64,000 nt of DNA from Octopus vulgaris (Eukaryota), in NCBI GenBank assembly GCA_951406725.2, contig OX597822.1, positions 112,282,001-112,346,000 of the forward strand, in the 5' to 3' direction. The notes below the pieces were generated by a model. The model saw only the letters and a program-made list of their open reading frames with translations. It did no database searches and was not told the DNA's origin. Of this stretch, positions 1 to 12,577 are shown piece by piece (the stretch's first letter is position 1; each line of letters starts with the position of its first letter). The translations under genes were made by a program, and so were the position numbers.

Positions 1-18
1 TCTTGACTGTTTTTTCTC

Positions 19-245
19 TTAACCCTTTAATGTTCTGATTATTGTATCAAACATAATGCTTATTGATTCCCATTGATTTGAATTAATCCTGCATTATCTC
101 ATATCTTCAAGATCTTGATGGTGTAATTACTTAATGTAGAATAACATTGTAGGGTAGGTGTGAGGGCCTGGATCTGGTCAGTTTGAACATAAAACAGATT
201 AAATATTTTGGCCGGATATGGCTGGTTTAAATGAAATGACTTTAG
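19..245. mobile_element. piggyBac-like MITE, second family (related copies near 2460-2748, 18707-18815, 30688-31270)
   Basis: TTAACCCTTTA start; recurring internal sequence. Confidence 0.6.
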
Positions 246-3200
246 TTGGTGTTCACTGTTGGAGACATTATTGCTGTTTTCTCTCTTCATTTCTTTTGAG
301 AGGTTATCATTTCACTCACCTTCCTTCATCTAAATTTGACAGGTGTTGAATTCAAGTCAAAAGTTTGATAGGCCCAAACTGTTTTGTAGTCCCATGTCTT
401 TTAATTCCTTCTATAAGTTAATGGTGTTTCTTCTAATTATTGAATTACAGTTTCTTACTTCTTAAGTTAGCAAAGGGTATTTGTGTTCAAAGTAGTTACC
501 TGTGAAAGTGAAGTTAGACATTTTTATAATCTGTAAGACTTTGTCTTCATTTAGGTTTTGAAGTTAAGCAGATACTAACAGCAGTCTTGATCAAGGATAC
601 ATTTTTATATGTGTACATGCAAAACGCCTCCCGTCCAATGGACGGTGCTGAGTTGTCAAACATTTAAACCAAATTTTCTCAAAACAACTCGTCCGACCAT
701 CCCATAGACCCCCCCCCTTTGAGAAACACTGATTTAACCTAAATTTGAGACACCAGCAAAAGAAGAAATAAAGATAGATTTTTTTTTCTATTCCAAAGAA
801 AAACGATTTTATTCACACAAATATGCAAGCGAAGAATTTAAAGTACCAGTAATGATAAGGCTGTTGACTGGGAGAACACAAACATGGTTTAAACGGTAAG
901 CTTGGCAGGAAAGAAACGTGCCTTTAAGCAGTACAAAATCAACAAAAAATGGAAGGCACAGTTATGCATTCTCACATGGAATCGATTTTTGTAATTTTGT
1001 CAAGACTTATACACGCCCTGATACCGTTGGTATCTACATATCAAATTTGAGCACAATCGGATGGAGGATGCCCAAGATCCTAGAAGACACACACACCACA
1101 CAGACAGACTGAACAAATTTTATATAATAGATGATGAATAAAACTGGTCCCTTCTCTGTTGTAACCCCACTGAGTCAAAGGGGATCTTAGTTTTGTGAAC
1201 CACATGACAATTTCACAAGTGCTGATGCCATGAAAAAAGCACCCAGTATACTGTAAAGTGGTTGGCACGAGGAATTTTATCCAACCGTAGAGACCATGCC
1301 AAAGCAGACATCGGAGTGTGCTGCAATCCTCAGACCTGTTGGATCTGGTCAAGCCATCCACCCATGCCAGCATGGAAGAAAGATATTAAATGGTGATGAT
1401 GATAATGCATGAGTCTGCTATTATATCTCAAGAGCCACAATTACTACATCTGCTGGATGGTAAAGTAAGCATGACAATTCATGAAAATTGTTGATGGGAA
1501 TATTTTACAGCTTCCCTACTGATTACTAATTAGCAGTAATCTAATCTTCCACTTGGTGTTAATTTTTTTCCTTTATAGCTTTAGAGTATAATCTCATTTA
1601 ATGATTTTATTAAGTTCCAACATCAGATTTATATTTGTGAAATAAGATTCCAAGGTTAAATAACTCTTAAGACAATGGCAATTGGACACAGTTTGAAGTA
1701 AAGAAAAATTAAATAAATATTATGATAATGCACAACTTTTCTTCTTATAAAGCATTTGAATTTTTATTGGTATAATAATAATAATAATAATAATAATAAT
1801 TAATTTTTACTATCAGCACAAGGCCTGAAAATTTGTGGGTAAAGAAAAATTAAATAAACATTATGATAATGCACAATTTTTCTTGTGATAAAGTATTTGA
1901 ATTTTTATTGGTATAATAATAATAATAATAATAATTTTTACTATTGGCACAAGGCCTGGAAATTTGTGGGTAGGAGCTAGTTGATTACATTGGCTCCACT
2001 GCTGAACTGTGACTTACTTTATTAACCCTGAAAGGATGAAAGGCAAAGCTGACTGTAGTAGGATTTGAACAAACACTGCAAAGCATTTTCTGTCAGCTCA
2101 CATCTTAATAATAATCATGATAATGATTTCTTTATTAATAAACGATCTGTCATGATTGTGTGATAATTTCAGTGATGACTGAACTCAATACTATTTACTC
2201 AGGCCAAAGGAGTACAAATTACCAGAGAGACAGGATATCAAATGTGATGGATGAACAGAAACCCAAGAGTAAGAGCAGCACTTAGGAAATGGAGTCCATA
2301 AACTGCTCAGAGGGTTTGTTATTTCTTAGTGTTTAATTTAGGAGGTGGTGGCCAGGTTTATTTGGGTAAGAATGGGGTGAAAGAAGTTTGGAGTTATTAT
2401 ATTGGCACTAAAGTCGATAAGCCATTATGAAGTTGCTTGACTTGCTAGAAATAGAGACTAACTCTTTAGCTTTAAACTGGCCAAAATAATCTACTTGTTT
2501 TATCATCAAACTGGCCAGATCCAGCCTCCTACTTATACCCTACAAAATAAACAATCACATCATTGATATCTCAAAGCTACAAGGTAATGTATGATTAGTT
2601 TATATCAATGTGAATAAATCAGCAATATCTTCTTGGATGGCCAGCTCTTATCGAACTGTCCAACCCATGCCAGCATGGAAAATGGATGTTAAATGATGAT
2701 GATGATGATGATACATTTAACACAGCAATTTGAATGCTAAAGGGCTAAATGTCCCTCAAACCACCGTCATCTTAAAAAAGTGAATAACAATATAGTTCTA
2801 GATACTCCTAAAATTTCAGGAGGGTCATGGCTAGAGTGACTTTGATCATAAGACTGAGATCAAGGTTACACTGCAACTAGCAACAATAATTTCTCTCTTT
2901 CTCCAAAAGGTGAGACTTGGGCATTGAATGTCAATCTGTGAAAACTGTAAAAAGATGGACATGGTTCATAGAATAATAGGAACTTAACATAAATTATAGA
3001 AAACATCATGAGAGGTGGAAAGGGCAGCTGGATTTTAAAGGTATCAACTGGTGTATGCAGAAGTGATGACTAGACTTGTATGGATATATTATGTTGTGAA
3101 GGGGTATCATGTGTCATGCAATGACAGTCTAAGATGCTCAAGATGGGAAGAGGTGATGTGAATAGATTTCAGGATGTTTAGTCTTACAGGTGAAGTTACA

Positions 3201-3317
3201 AAAGACAGACAACTAGAGAGGAGACATACTGTACAGTAGACTCATTCAACTTAGGTAAGCAAAAAAGAAAAAAAACCCAATCTAGATAAAATTGGCTTTA
3301 GTATATTATTGGTATTT

Positions 3318-3546
3318 GGCCGATGCCAGCGCCACCTAGACTGGCTTCCGTGCCGGTGGCACGTAAAAAGCACCCACTACACTCACAGAGTGGTTGGCGT
3401 TAGGAAGGGCATCCAGCTGTAGAAACACTGCCAGATCAGACTGGAGCCTGGTGCAGACTTCTGGCTTCCCAGATCCCCGGTCGAACCGTCCAACCCATGC
3501 TAGCATGGAGAACGGACGTTAAATGATGATGATGATGATGATGATG
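3318..3546 (+). mobile_element. RTE-type 3' UTR copy
   Basis: Same family as 7995-8560; (GAT)n tail. Confidence 0.8.
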
Positions 3547-4158
3547 AGTAGTATAAAATAACTAAAGTAATCTCCATGGAAGCTGAATAGTGATATTCAT
3601 TTGATTGTGGGAAGAGATGATACTGAGTCATATCTAGGCTGATCATCTCTCTAGACTTAAAATAAATACCAGTAATATACTGAGACTGATTTAAACGACC
3701 ATTACACCTCTCCTAGGAGAACAGGATCTTGTGACTTGCTACATGAAATCAAGAACATTATTCTAAAGAACAACATTTAATTGTCAAAATAAACAATCCC
3801 ATGTCTCTATATAGCATGTTTAGATGTTAAGACATCTAAAAAGTCTAAATAATTAAATTCCTCCTCACAGGAAATTTTTGTTTGGTCTCAGAAATTGTCA
3901 GAGGGAAGTAAATTATCTTGATTAACTACTTTACTTGTTAATGATCTTTAATCTTTGACTCATCTTAGAATCATTAAAACAATTGGAACTTTCTGGAATG
4001 AAACACAGAGAGTGCTGTATAGTCCTTGCTCTACTTACAGAATTCTAAAAATTGACACTGCTTAACAAAACCATTCGCAGTAAAAGCACATGAAAAGTTT
4101 CTTTACAAAAACAACGAACTAATTGTAGATCTTAAATCTGACAGAAAAAAAGCAGGTA

Positions 4159-4231
4159 GGTTCCCTGGTGTAATCGGTAGCACACTTGGTTGTGTAAACA
4201 AAGAGTTGTAGGTTTGAGTCCCACACGTACA
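4159..4231 (+). pseudogene. tRNA-like head (SINE head or tRNA pseudogene)
   Basis: GGTTCCCTGGTGTAATCGGTAGCAC start with A box, B box GGTTTGAGTCC; acceptor stem not closed. Confidence 0.6.
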
Positions 4232-4427
4232 GAAAATGTACTTTTTCCTGTCGAGGGCCTATATGTCCCTTTATTAAGCTATTTTCTTTAGTCATTGTGC
4301 AGTGATCGCTATTAGCTTTAAACTTATAAAATACTATTATTATTATTTACAGAATTGTAGTTCTTGCTCTGTTCTGTTTAATGACAAAACTATTATTACA
4401 AATAACTTATAAATAAAATAAAATGTT

Positions 4428-4724
4428 AAAACAATTGCAGCGTGGAAGGTGTTTATAAGCCATTTAAGAAACACACAAAAACCGTTAGATTCACTTCAAC
4501 ATTTAAATTTAATTTGTCAAAATATTTTCATCACTTTGAAACCGCGACCTGTTAACTGACAAGACTTTGTGCTGCATCTTTGTCAGTGAACAGGTTGCGG
4601 TCTGAAAGCGAAAAATATTTTGACAAATTAAATTTAAATGTTGAAGTGAATCTAACGGTTTTTGACAACCATTGTTGGTGTGTTTATAATGGCTTATAAA
4701 CACCTTCCACACTGCAATTGTTTT
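4428..4724. repeat. ~140-bp-arm inverted repeat whose arms each contain a degenerate hammerhead variant (4514-4562 minus; 4579-4627 plus)
   Basis: aaaacaattgcag...ctgacaa versus ttgtcag...ctgcaattgtttt; arms fold as stem I-GUKAACA-stem II-GAAA-AUAU-UU-stem I'. Confidence 0.8.
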
Positions 4725-4885
4725 CGTTCCAGCACACGATCTCAGATCAGGTCACTCGCTATGCAAGTACATCTCCAAAATTTTAAAACATTGTTCAAAA
4801 ATATTTTTATTCTTTTTATATTTTCATTATTTTTTTTTACAAAAGAAAAAGTTACAAAATAATTATACTAATTATGCAAAATAAA

Positions 4886-5142
4886 TTAAACTAATTTTCT
4901 CAATTTATTTTCAGTAGTGTGAGTCTGTAAAGTCTTTTGGAATTTTACTACATCATCAAATATCTCCATAGTTTCTTGTTTTTCTTTGATCAGAATTTGT
5001 TCATTATAAATATCAAGAAATTCTCGTATTTTAAGCTTTAATTCTTCAGTGGCAATTCTCTTCTTTGCTGAGATTGTCATCACATGATCGAATGTAACAT
5101 TCTCATTTGGTAACATATACTTTTCCATATTTGCTAAAGATT
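4886..5142 (-). CDS. GTPBP10: GTPBP10 terminal exon 9, G5 (VTFDHVMTISAKKRIATEELK...KLV*)
   Basis: CAG acceptor, ISA G5 motif, TAA stop at 4888-4886. Confidence 0.92.
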
Positions 5143-6300
5143 CTGCAATGGAAATACAAAAAAAGGTATCACAACTTATGAAGAAAAACAAATTTCTGCC
5201 TGTCTGTCTGTCTCTGTATACACACACACACACACACACGTATATATATATCTTTATCTTTTACTTGTTTCAGTCATTTGACTGCAGCCATGCTGGGGCA
5301 CTGCCTTGATGGGTTTTAGTCAAACAAATTGAGTCCAGGACTTATTTTTTTTAAAATCTGGTACTTATTCTATTGGTTTTTCTTTGCCAAACTTCTATGT
5401 CACAGGGATATAAACACACCAACAATGGTTGTCAAGAGGTGGGGGGGGGGCGGGGGAAACACAGACACACACACATAGATATATATGCATGCGCACACAC
5501 ACATTATGCACCATGTAATACCAGCATAGACAAAGGACATTAAATAATGAAGCTTGGTACCTCAATTTAAGTACCTAATTCAACTGAATCTCAATTATTT
5601 TTTAACTCGTCAACTATATATCATATATATATATATGATGGGCTTCTTTCAGTTTCTGTCTGCCAAATCCACTCACCAGGCTTTGATTGGCACAAGGCTA
5701 TAGTAGAAGACACTTGTCCAAAGTGCCAGGTAGTGGGACTGAACCTAGAACCATACGGTTGGGAAACAAGCTTCTTACCACACAGCCATGTCTGCACCTA
5801 TATATATATATATGTGTTTTATTAGGCTGAAAAGATTTTATAAACTGTTACTCAGAGTTTCATGTAGTTGACCTTCCATCAGTTGTGTGCATTTAGAACA
5901 GTACTATGGTTTATAAGTACTTATAAATAGTGGTGAGCTGGCAGAGTCGTTAGGATGCTGGGCGAAATGCTCTGAGTTCTGAGTTCTGAGTTCAAATTCC
6001 GCCAAGGTCAATTTTTCCTTTCATCCTTTCAGGGTCGATTAAATAAGTACCAGTTATGTACTGGGTCGATGTAATTGACTTAATACCTTTGTCTGTCCTT
6101 GTTTGTCCCCTCTATGTTTAGCCCCTTGTGGGCAATAAAGAAATAAATTATCATTTAGTAACTCATTGAATAAACAGTTAAAGCTGATAGGACAAAGCAT
6201 TATAACTATTCAAAATAACAGAAAACTGTTGGATGAAAAACGACTGACCATAAAAGAAAAATATAAACATAGGATTAAAAACTGAATAATATAAATAGCT

Positions 6301-6541
6301 ATCATCATCATCATCATCATCATTTAATGTCCATTTTCCATGCTAGCATGGGTTGGATGGTCCGACCGGGGTCTGGGAAGCTGCACCAGGCTCCAGTCTG
6401 ATCTGGCAGTGTTTCTACAGCTGGATGCCCTTCCTAATGCCAACCACTCCATGAGTGTAGTGGGTGCTTTTTACGTGCCACCGGCACATGTACCAGGGGA
6501 GGCTGGCAGCGGCCACGATCGATTGGTGCTTTTTATGTGCC
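6301..6541 (-). mobile_element. RTE-type 3' UTR copy
   Basis: (ATC)n followed by the reverse complement of the family. Confidence 0.8.
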
Positions 6542-6811
6542 AGAGTGAACGAAAAAGGCCGTTTGGAAATCAGGAGTAAAAGATAAATAGGTTGTAAATG
6601 ATAAAATGTAAAATTTATACAAGGGCAGATGAATACCACAAAAAAAATGAATAAGAAAAAGCTTAATATAAAGGAGGGTGAGTTGCAGTCATGGATGGAA
6701 ATAGAAGAGGAACACACAGGAGCTAAAAAGAAGACAGAGAGGAGGAAACAAAGGGAGAACATTAACTTCTCTCCCTTGTAATTAGTTCATTTAATTATTG
6801 TTTTTTTTTTA

Positions 6812-7126
6812 TCGCCACGACATGCCGGTGGCATGTAAAAAGCACCATCTGTTCGTGGCCATTGCCAGCCTCGCCTGGCCCCCGTGCCGGTGGCACATAA
6901 AAAGCACTATCCGATTGTGGCCGTTTGCCAGACTCGTCTGGCACCTGTGCAGGTGGCACATAAAAAGCATCCACTACACTCACGGAGTGGTTGGCGTTAG
7001 GAATGGCATCCAGCCGTAGAAACATTGCCAGATCAGACTGGAGCCTGGTGCAGCCTTCTGGCTTCCCAGACCCCAGTTGAACCGTCCAACCCATGCTAGC
7101 ATGGAAAGCGGACGCTTAACGATGAT
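6812..7126 (+). mobile_element. RTE-type 3' UTR copy
   Basis: Family sequence with internal repeats. Confidence 0.8.
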
Positions 7127-7373
7127 ACATTCACCCTTGTATAAATTTCTAATTTTCATTTTTATCTCTTGCAGCATAATTTTAACTCTTGATTTCCAGT
7201 TTTAATTCAATTTCGACTCACTTTTAATGCTCGTATTTTTTTCTGTTACAGTCAGTCATTTTTCATTCAACAGATTTCTGGTATTTTGAATAATTAGTCA
7301 ACTTTCAGAATAGCTGCACTAAACAAGTACAAATACATATATTCAGTTTTTCAATTTCTTGTATTTCTCTTAC

Positions 7374-7497
7374 CTGGACGCTGTTGTACCAAGTCTAAGA
7401 CTTCTTCTGCTATTTGTTTATCTTTTTCATTTTCCACTTTATTCAAAACAAGAATTGCAGGTTTTCTAATTAAATCTGGCTGATAAAGTTCTAACTC
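7374..7497 (-). CDS. GTPBP10: GTPBP10 exon 8, G4 (ELELYQPDLIRKPAILVLNKVE)
   Basis: ELELY...KPA...NK motif; canonical splice sites. Confidence 0.94.
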
Positions 7498-7600
7498 CTA
7501 CAATTAAAAAGAAAGAAAGTTACTTGAGAATTAAAAAAATATAATTCTGCTGGTTTTTGGTTGTAAAACAGAAAACAATGAACAAGTTTTATGAACCAAC

Positions 7601-7786
7601 CTTATTCAGAAGTAAAATGGTTTCAAAAGCAGATCTTTCTTCTTTCTCCATTTGTAGTCGGAAGCCACGAACATCAACAACAAACAGCAATAATTTGGTT
7701 CTTTCAACATGTCGGAGAAACTTGTGCCCCATGCCAAGGTTTAAATGGGCTCCTTCAATTAGCCCAGGTAAATCAGCAAGTTTTAT
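7601..7786 (-). CDS. GTPBP10: GTPBP10 exon 7, G3 ([35 protein letters not shown])
   Basis: DLPGLIEGA Obg signature; 186 nt, phase 0. Confidence 0.96.
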
Positions 7787-7994
7787 CTGTTCAATAGTAA
7801 CAAGAGAAATTGTATGGAACTGAAATGAATGATCTTGACCAAATTTAGTTTAAGAAGCACCTGGTGGTTAATAGAAGCATTCCACTATTCGTAGAACATG
7901 TAACATTTCTATTTTCTAGGACACCAGATGGATGGATTCATTCACTTACACCAGTGTGTTGAATCTGCTGATTAAATAACATCAAAGAGAATTT

Positions 7995-8560
7995 GCAGTG
8001 AAGCATGACCTTCAAACATTGGGCCTCACCGAGGCAATGACTAGTGACTGGGACCTCTGGAAATATGCTGTGCTGCAGAAGACTCAACAAGCGCAAGTGT
8101 GACCATAACATTGTGGCCTATGCTAGGGGTGCAACCAGTCCATTTATGTGTGCCTTTTCTTCTTGGACACTAAACTCTGCTTGCGAAGACCAGTTGAGGC
8201 AAGTGAAATCGAAGTCGAAATCAAATTCAGTGACTGGCATCCATTGCTAGTGGAGCGCTAAGAGTACTATACAAGTGAGATCGTTACCAGAGCAACAACC
8301 TGGCCTCCATGCCGATGGCACGTTAAACACACCATTCGAGCGTGGCCATTGCCAGTACCACCAAACTGGCCCTTGTGCCATTGGCATGTAAAAGCACCCA
8401 CTACACTCTCGGAGTGGTTGGTGTTAAGAAGGGCATCCAGCTGTAGAAACTCTGCCAGATCAGATTGGAGTCTGGTTCGCCAGACCTCAGTCAAATCGTC
8501 CAACCCATGCTAGCATGGAAAGCGAATGTTAAACAATGATGATGATGATGATGATGATGA
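7995..8560 (+). mobile_element. RTE-clade LINE 3' end (ORF2 C-terminus, 3' UTR and (GAT)n tail)
   Basis: VKHDLQTLGLTEAMTSDWDLWKYAV*, then the repeat ending CCAACCCATGCTAGCATGGAAA...(GAT)n found in many truncated copies. Confidence 0.75.
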
Positions 8561-9863
8561 CAGACACTGTCCATTCCTCTAGACCAAACCAATAGAAAAA
8601 AAGAAAAAATATATTCTTAGCTGAATTGTTAAGCCAACATACATGAGCCCAGTTCATGACAACACCTGCTGTAACAATTTGTCTGTGCCATTTTCATCAG
8701 AAGATGGAACTACTTTGTGCAAGAATTATTTCTGATTCTTGAATTTATCGTTGATAATAAAAAGGTTTTGTAATAATTTCTCCACTTGGCAGTGGTGTGA
8801 TGCATTTAGATAATTGTAGCTGACAAGTATCTTCACTGCTGCATGTACTGCTGACTGCATGTAATATTACCTGGCTTAGAGTTTATGCATGATTTAATCA
8901 GTGGCAATCTCACAGGTATTGTAAACCTCACAGGTATTCTGCGAGCTGGCAAAAACGTTAGCATGCTGGGCAAAATGCATAGCCATATTTCGTCTGCCGT
9001 TACGTTCCGAGTTCAAATTCCGCTGAGGTCGACTTTGCCTTTCATCCTTTGGGGTCGATAAATTAAGTACCAGTTACGCACTGGGGTCAATGTAATTGAC
9101 TTAATCCGTTTGTCTGTCCTCTCTGTGTTTAGCCTCTTGTGGGTAGTAAAAAAATAGGTATTGTATCATTTTAATGGCTACTTTCATAATTTTTTCATTT
9201 TAGTGATGTGGATTCTGAAGGTCATCATCATCAACATTCTTTAACGTCTGTTTTCCATGCTGGCATGGGTTGGACAGTTTGACCAGAGCTGGCAAGCAGG
9301 AGTGTTGGATCAGGTTCCAATTGGATTTGGATTGGTTTCTACAGCTGGATGCTCTTCCTAATGTCAACCACTTTACAGAGGGTGCTGGGTGGTTTTAACA
9401 TAGCACCAGCACAGGTGCCTTTACATGGTGCCAGCACAGGTGATTTTTACCTGGTGCTGGCTTGAGTGTCTTTCACATGGCACCAGTACAGGTGCTTTCT
9501 TAGTGGCACTGGCACAGGGCTCTAGCAACCCAATTAGGAGAGTAGAAACTAGAAGAAAGACAGCAACTGGATAGAGGAGACACTTTAGTTCCAGCAAATA
9601 GACCCCAGGGCCAAAACACACGATGAAAACGCATGAAATTCAAGCTTAGAAGTGGTTAGTGATAAGAAGGGCATCCAACCATACAAACATGTATCAGCAC
9701 TCCACAGCCCACATCCAAAATAAACAAGCCATTCACAAAACAAAAATTGTGGGGTTTTCCTCTTGAGTATTACATGATAAATAACTGACAAATGTGTCCA
9801 ACTTTGCCTGCAGGTAAATAGGGAAGACTGAGGATGAGGTATAATTTAACGAAAGAAACTTAC

Positions 9864-9916
9864 CTGTCTGTGATCTGAGAACTCAATCATGCCAATCTCT
9901 GGGCGAAGGGTAGTAA
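9864..9916 (-). CDS. GTPBP10: GTPBP10 exon 6, G2 (FTTLRPEIGMIEFSDHRQ)
   Basis: FTTL.P motif; canonical splice sites. Confidence 0.95.
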
Positions 9917-10798
9917 CTGTAAAGTATAAGACATGGAAATTAAATCCAATTTCTCAGCTTTTCAAAACTGAGACAGGAATTCTGATACAATTTTTTTTTG
10001 TTTTAGTTTAAAATCAAAATTGAAAAAGAGATGGATTCATAAACCAAAAGCAAGAAAGTAGAAAATCTAAAATTAAAATCCAAATTAATGAAACTCAAGA
10101 TGTTTTATAAAATCAAAGTTGAATTTCAGCTTTTATACTGAATTTCAAATCAAATTTGCATTTTAAATTTCAGTTTTAAAATTTTTTTAAATTTGATTTT
10201 TTTCTTTTCAGTTCAATTTAATGAATATGAAATTGTTGACTTAAAAAAGATAACCACTGAGCCATACATCTGCTACATACATAAAAATATTCTGGACTGC
10301 ATAACTAAGATTAGCGATTAAAACACACATGTGAAAGCAACTGAAAAATAGGTCTTTGTAAAAACCTTATATTGTAATAAAAGAATTTGACCCAATGTAC
10401 AGATTGTAGCTATGACCCCTGTTTCATTCTATTATAACTTTCTTCAATAATAATGAGGTTTTGGGGTTCAGGTCTTCCATCCCAAGCAACACATCCCTTT
10501 GAAACCCTGAGAATTAAATTTATATTTCTTTATTAGCAATGATTTTAGTAATTTTTACTTTCAACATAGTATGCTAATTAGCTTAACAGATGCGATTTCA
10601 AAACAAAATTAATTATGTATCACAATTATTACCGTCCAACCCGTGCTAGCGTGGAAAACGGACGTTAAACGATGATGATGATGATGATGAATTATGTAAT
10701 TGTACATTTAATGTTTAGTTTGATGGAATAGATGTTGAACACAAAGCATCGACTACATGTGAAGCTTATGCTCTTCTGTTTTTATTTCAAATACTTAC

Positions 10799-10872
10799 AT
10801 GGTAATGGAGCAACAGTTGGCTTAGCTTTGGAGAGAGCTCGAAGAAGAGTTGACTTCCCTGCATTTGGAAAA
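10799..10872 (-). CDS. GTPBP10: GTPBP10 exon 5, P-loop G1 (GFPNAGKSTLLRALSKAKPTVAPLP)
   Basis: Walker A GFPNAGKS; canonical splice sites. Confidence 0.96.
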
Positions 10873-11186
10873 CTGAAACAAAAGAAAATAGGGAAAACTC
10901 TGTCACTTGGCTTTCTTTGATACATCCAACATGTACAATGTAAATGTGCAATTTCAACCCTCGACCAAAGCCTGGAGAAAACTGAGGCAAGATTCCTCAT
11001 TGTATGATGATTAATTCATTAATGAAAATAGTAATTTAATTTCAATGCTCTGCAAGGAAATATTATTTTTGTTAGTACGTAAAGTGACAGCTATGGACAT
11101 ATCTTGGTCTTATTGGGTGTCTTCACTAAAATATAGACTTCTTAAACTTTTATCCATACCTAGATATAAAAAATATGACAACTTTT

Positions 11187-11580
11187 ATCATCATCATCAT
11201 CGTTTAATGTCCGCTTTTCATGCTAGCATGGGTTGGACGATTTGACTGAGGTCTGACAAACCAGACGGCTGCACCAGGCTCCAATCTGATCTGTAGAGTT
11301 TCTACAGCTGGATGCCCTTCCTAACGCCAACCACTCTGAGAGTGTAGTGATGCTTCTACGTGCCACCAGCATGAGGGCCAGTCAGGCGGTACTGGCAATG
11401 GCCACGCTCGAAAATGGTGTTTTTTACGTGCCACCTGCACAGGAGCCAGTCCAGCGGCACTGGCAATGACCTCACTCGAATGTTTTTCATGTGCCACCAG
11501 CACAAGTGCCAGTAAGGCGACGCAGGTAACAATCACACTCGAATGGTGCTTTTTACATGCCATTGGCATGGAAGCCAGTT
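11187..11580 (-). mobile_element. RTE-type 3' UTR copy
   Basis: Family sequence. Confidence 0.8.
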
Positions 11581-12363
11581 TATATAGAACTTCAATTATA
11601 TCTTTACATATATTTGAAATGCAAATCTGAGACCATACCAAGTGGTGGTGTTCCATCACTATTGGAACCAAAAACTTCAAAGCCACCAGAAAACAAAAGG
11701 AAAAAATCAAATGACAGGAGAGAAAGGCTCGTCCTCCACAGATATTACCATGCAGTCAATGCCATTGGCTCTTTTATCCCAGAATTTGTCCACAGAGTCA
11801 TCAATGGCATCACCATAATGGCAGCATTCAGCAAAGAAATCAACTTCACAGATAAGAGATAAAGCCACTGCCACTGTCGACAATACACACAGGCATTTCA
11901 TCAAACAAAAAAAATGGACAAGATTGTTAAATTTACATCTGTTTTTCTCATTCTAGCATAGATTAGATGTATGTATTATTGAGGCATTGTTTTTACAGTT
12001 AGATACTCTTCCTGTTGCTTACTCTTACCTATTTTCCAAGTAAGGAATCATCTATTTCAAATATGTTTGAAGGCAAAAACTGAGCAGATGAGTTGTTGAT
12101 AGAAGTGACAAAACTGTAGTGAGCAATTTTCAAAGAGTGCAAATGTAAACACACACTTCCCATCCACCAAATTCACTCACAAGGCTTCATTGGCTCGGGA
12201 TTATAGTGGAAGACACTTGGCCACAAGATCAGTTTTACAAATGTCAAGCAATTACCGATATGATTCTAACTATAGTTAACCATCACGAGGCATAAGTATT
12301 ACTTGTTAGTCATATTGCGACACACAAAAGAGTAATTTGCCTACAGGTACTCTACAATAGCAG

Positions 12364-12577
12364 TGGTGAGCTGGCAGAAACGTTAGCACACCGGGTGAAA
12401 TGCTTAGCGGTATTTCGTCTGCCGCTACGTTCTGAGTTCAAATTCCGCCGAGGTCGACTTCGCCTTTCATCCTTTCGGGGTCAATTAAATAAGTACCAGT
12501 TACACACTGGGGTCAATATAATCGACTTGATCTGTTTGTCCCCTCTGTGTTTAGCCCATTGTGGGTAGTAAAGAAAC
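12364..12577 (+). mobile_element. tRNA-derived SINE family A (other copies near 5930, 8941, 14660, 15811, 25624, 30279, 35317, 53659, 54165, 63854)
   Basis: GAGCTGGCAGAA head, B box GAGTTCAAATTCC, core CCTTTCATCCTTTCGGGGTC; flanked by TSD ACAGGTACTCTACAATAGCAGT. Confidence 0.9.

Noticed and set aside
4159-4231. Functional tRNA gene
   Set aside because: Acceptor and anticodon stems do not close; treated as a SINE-type head
6340-7177. Recurrent ORFs such as LQSDLAVFLQLDALPNANHS, RRKDERQSRPRRNL and VSVYQIHSQGFG
   Set aside because: Chance frames within SINE and LINE-UTR repeats, not genes
8660-8710. CTGATGA on the minus strand
   Set aside because: No GAAA or supporting stems follow
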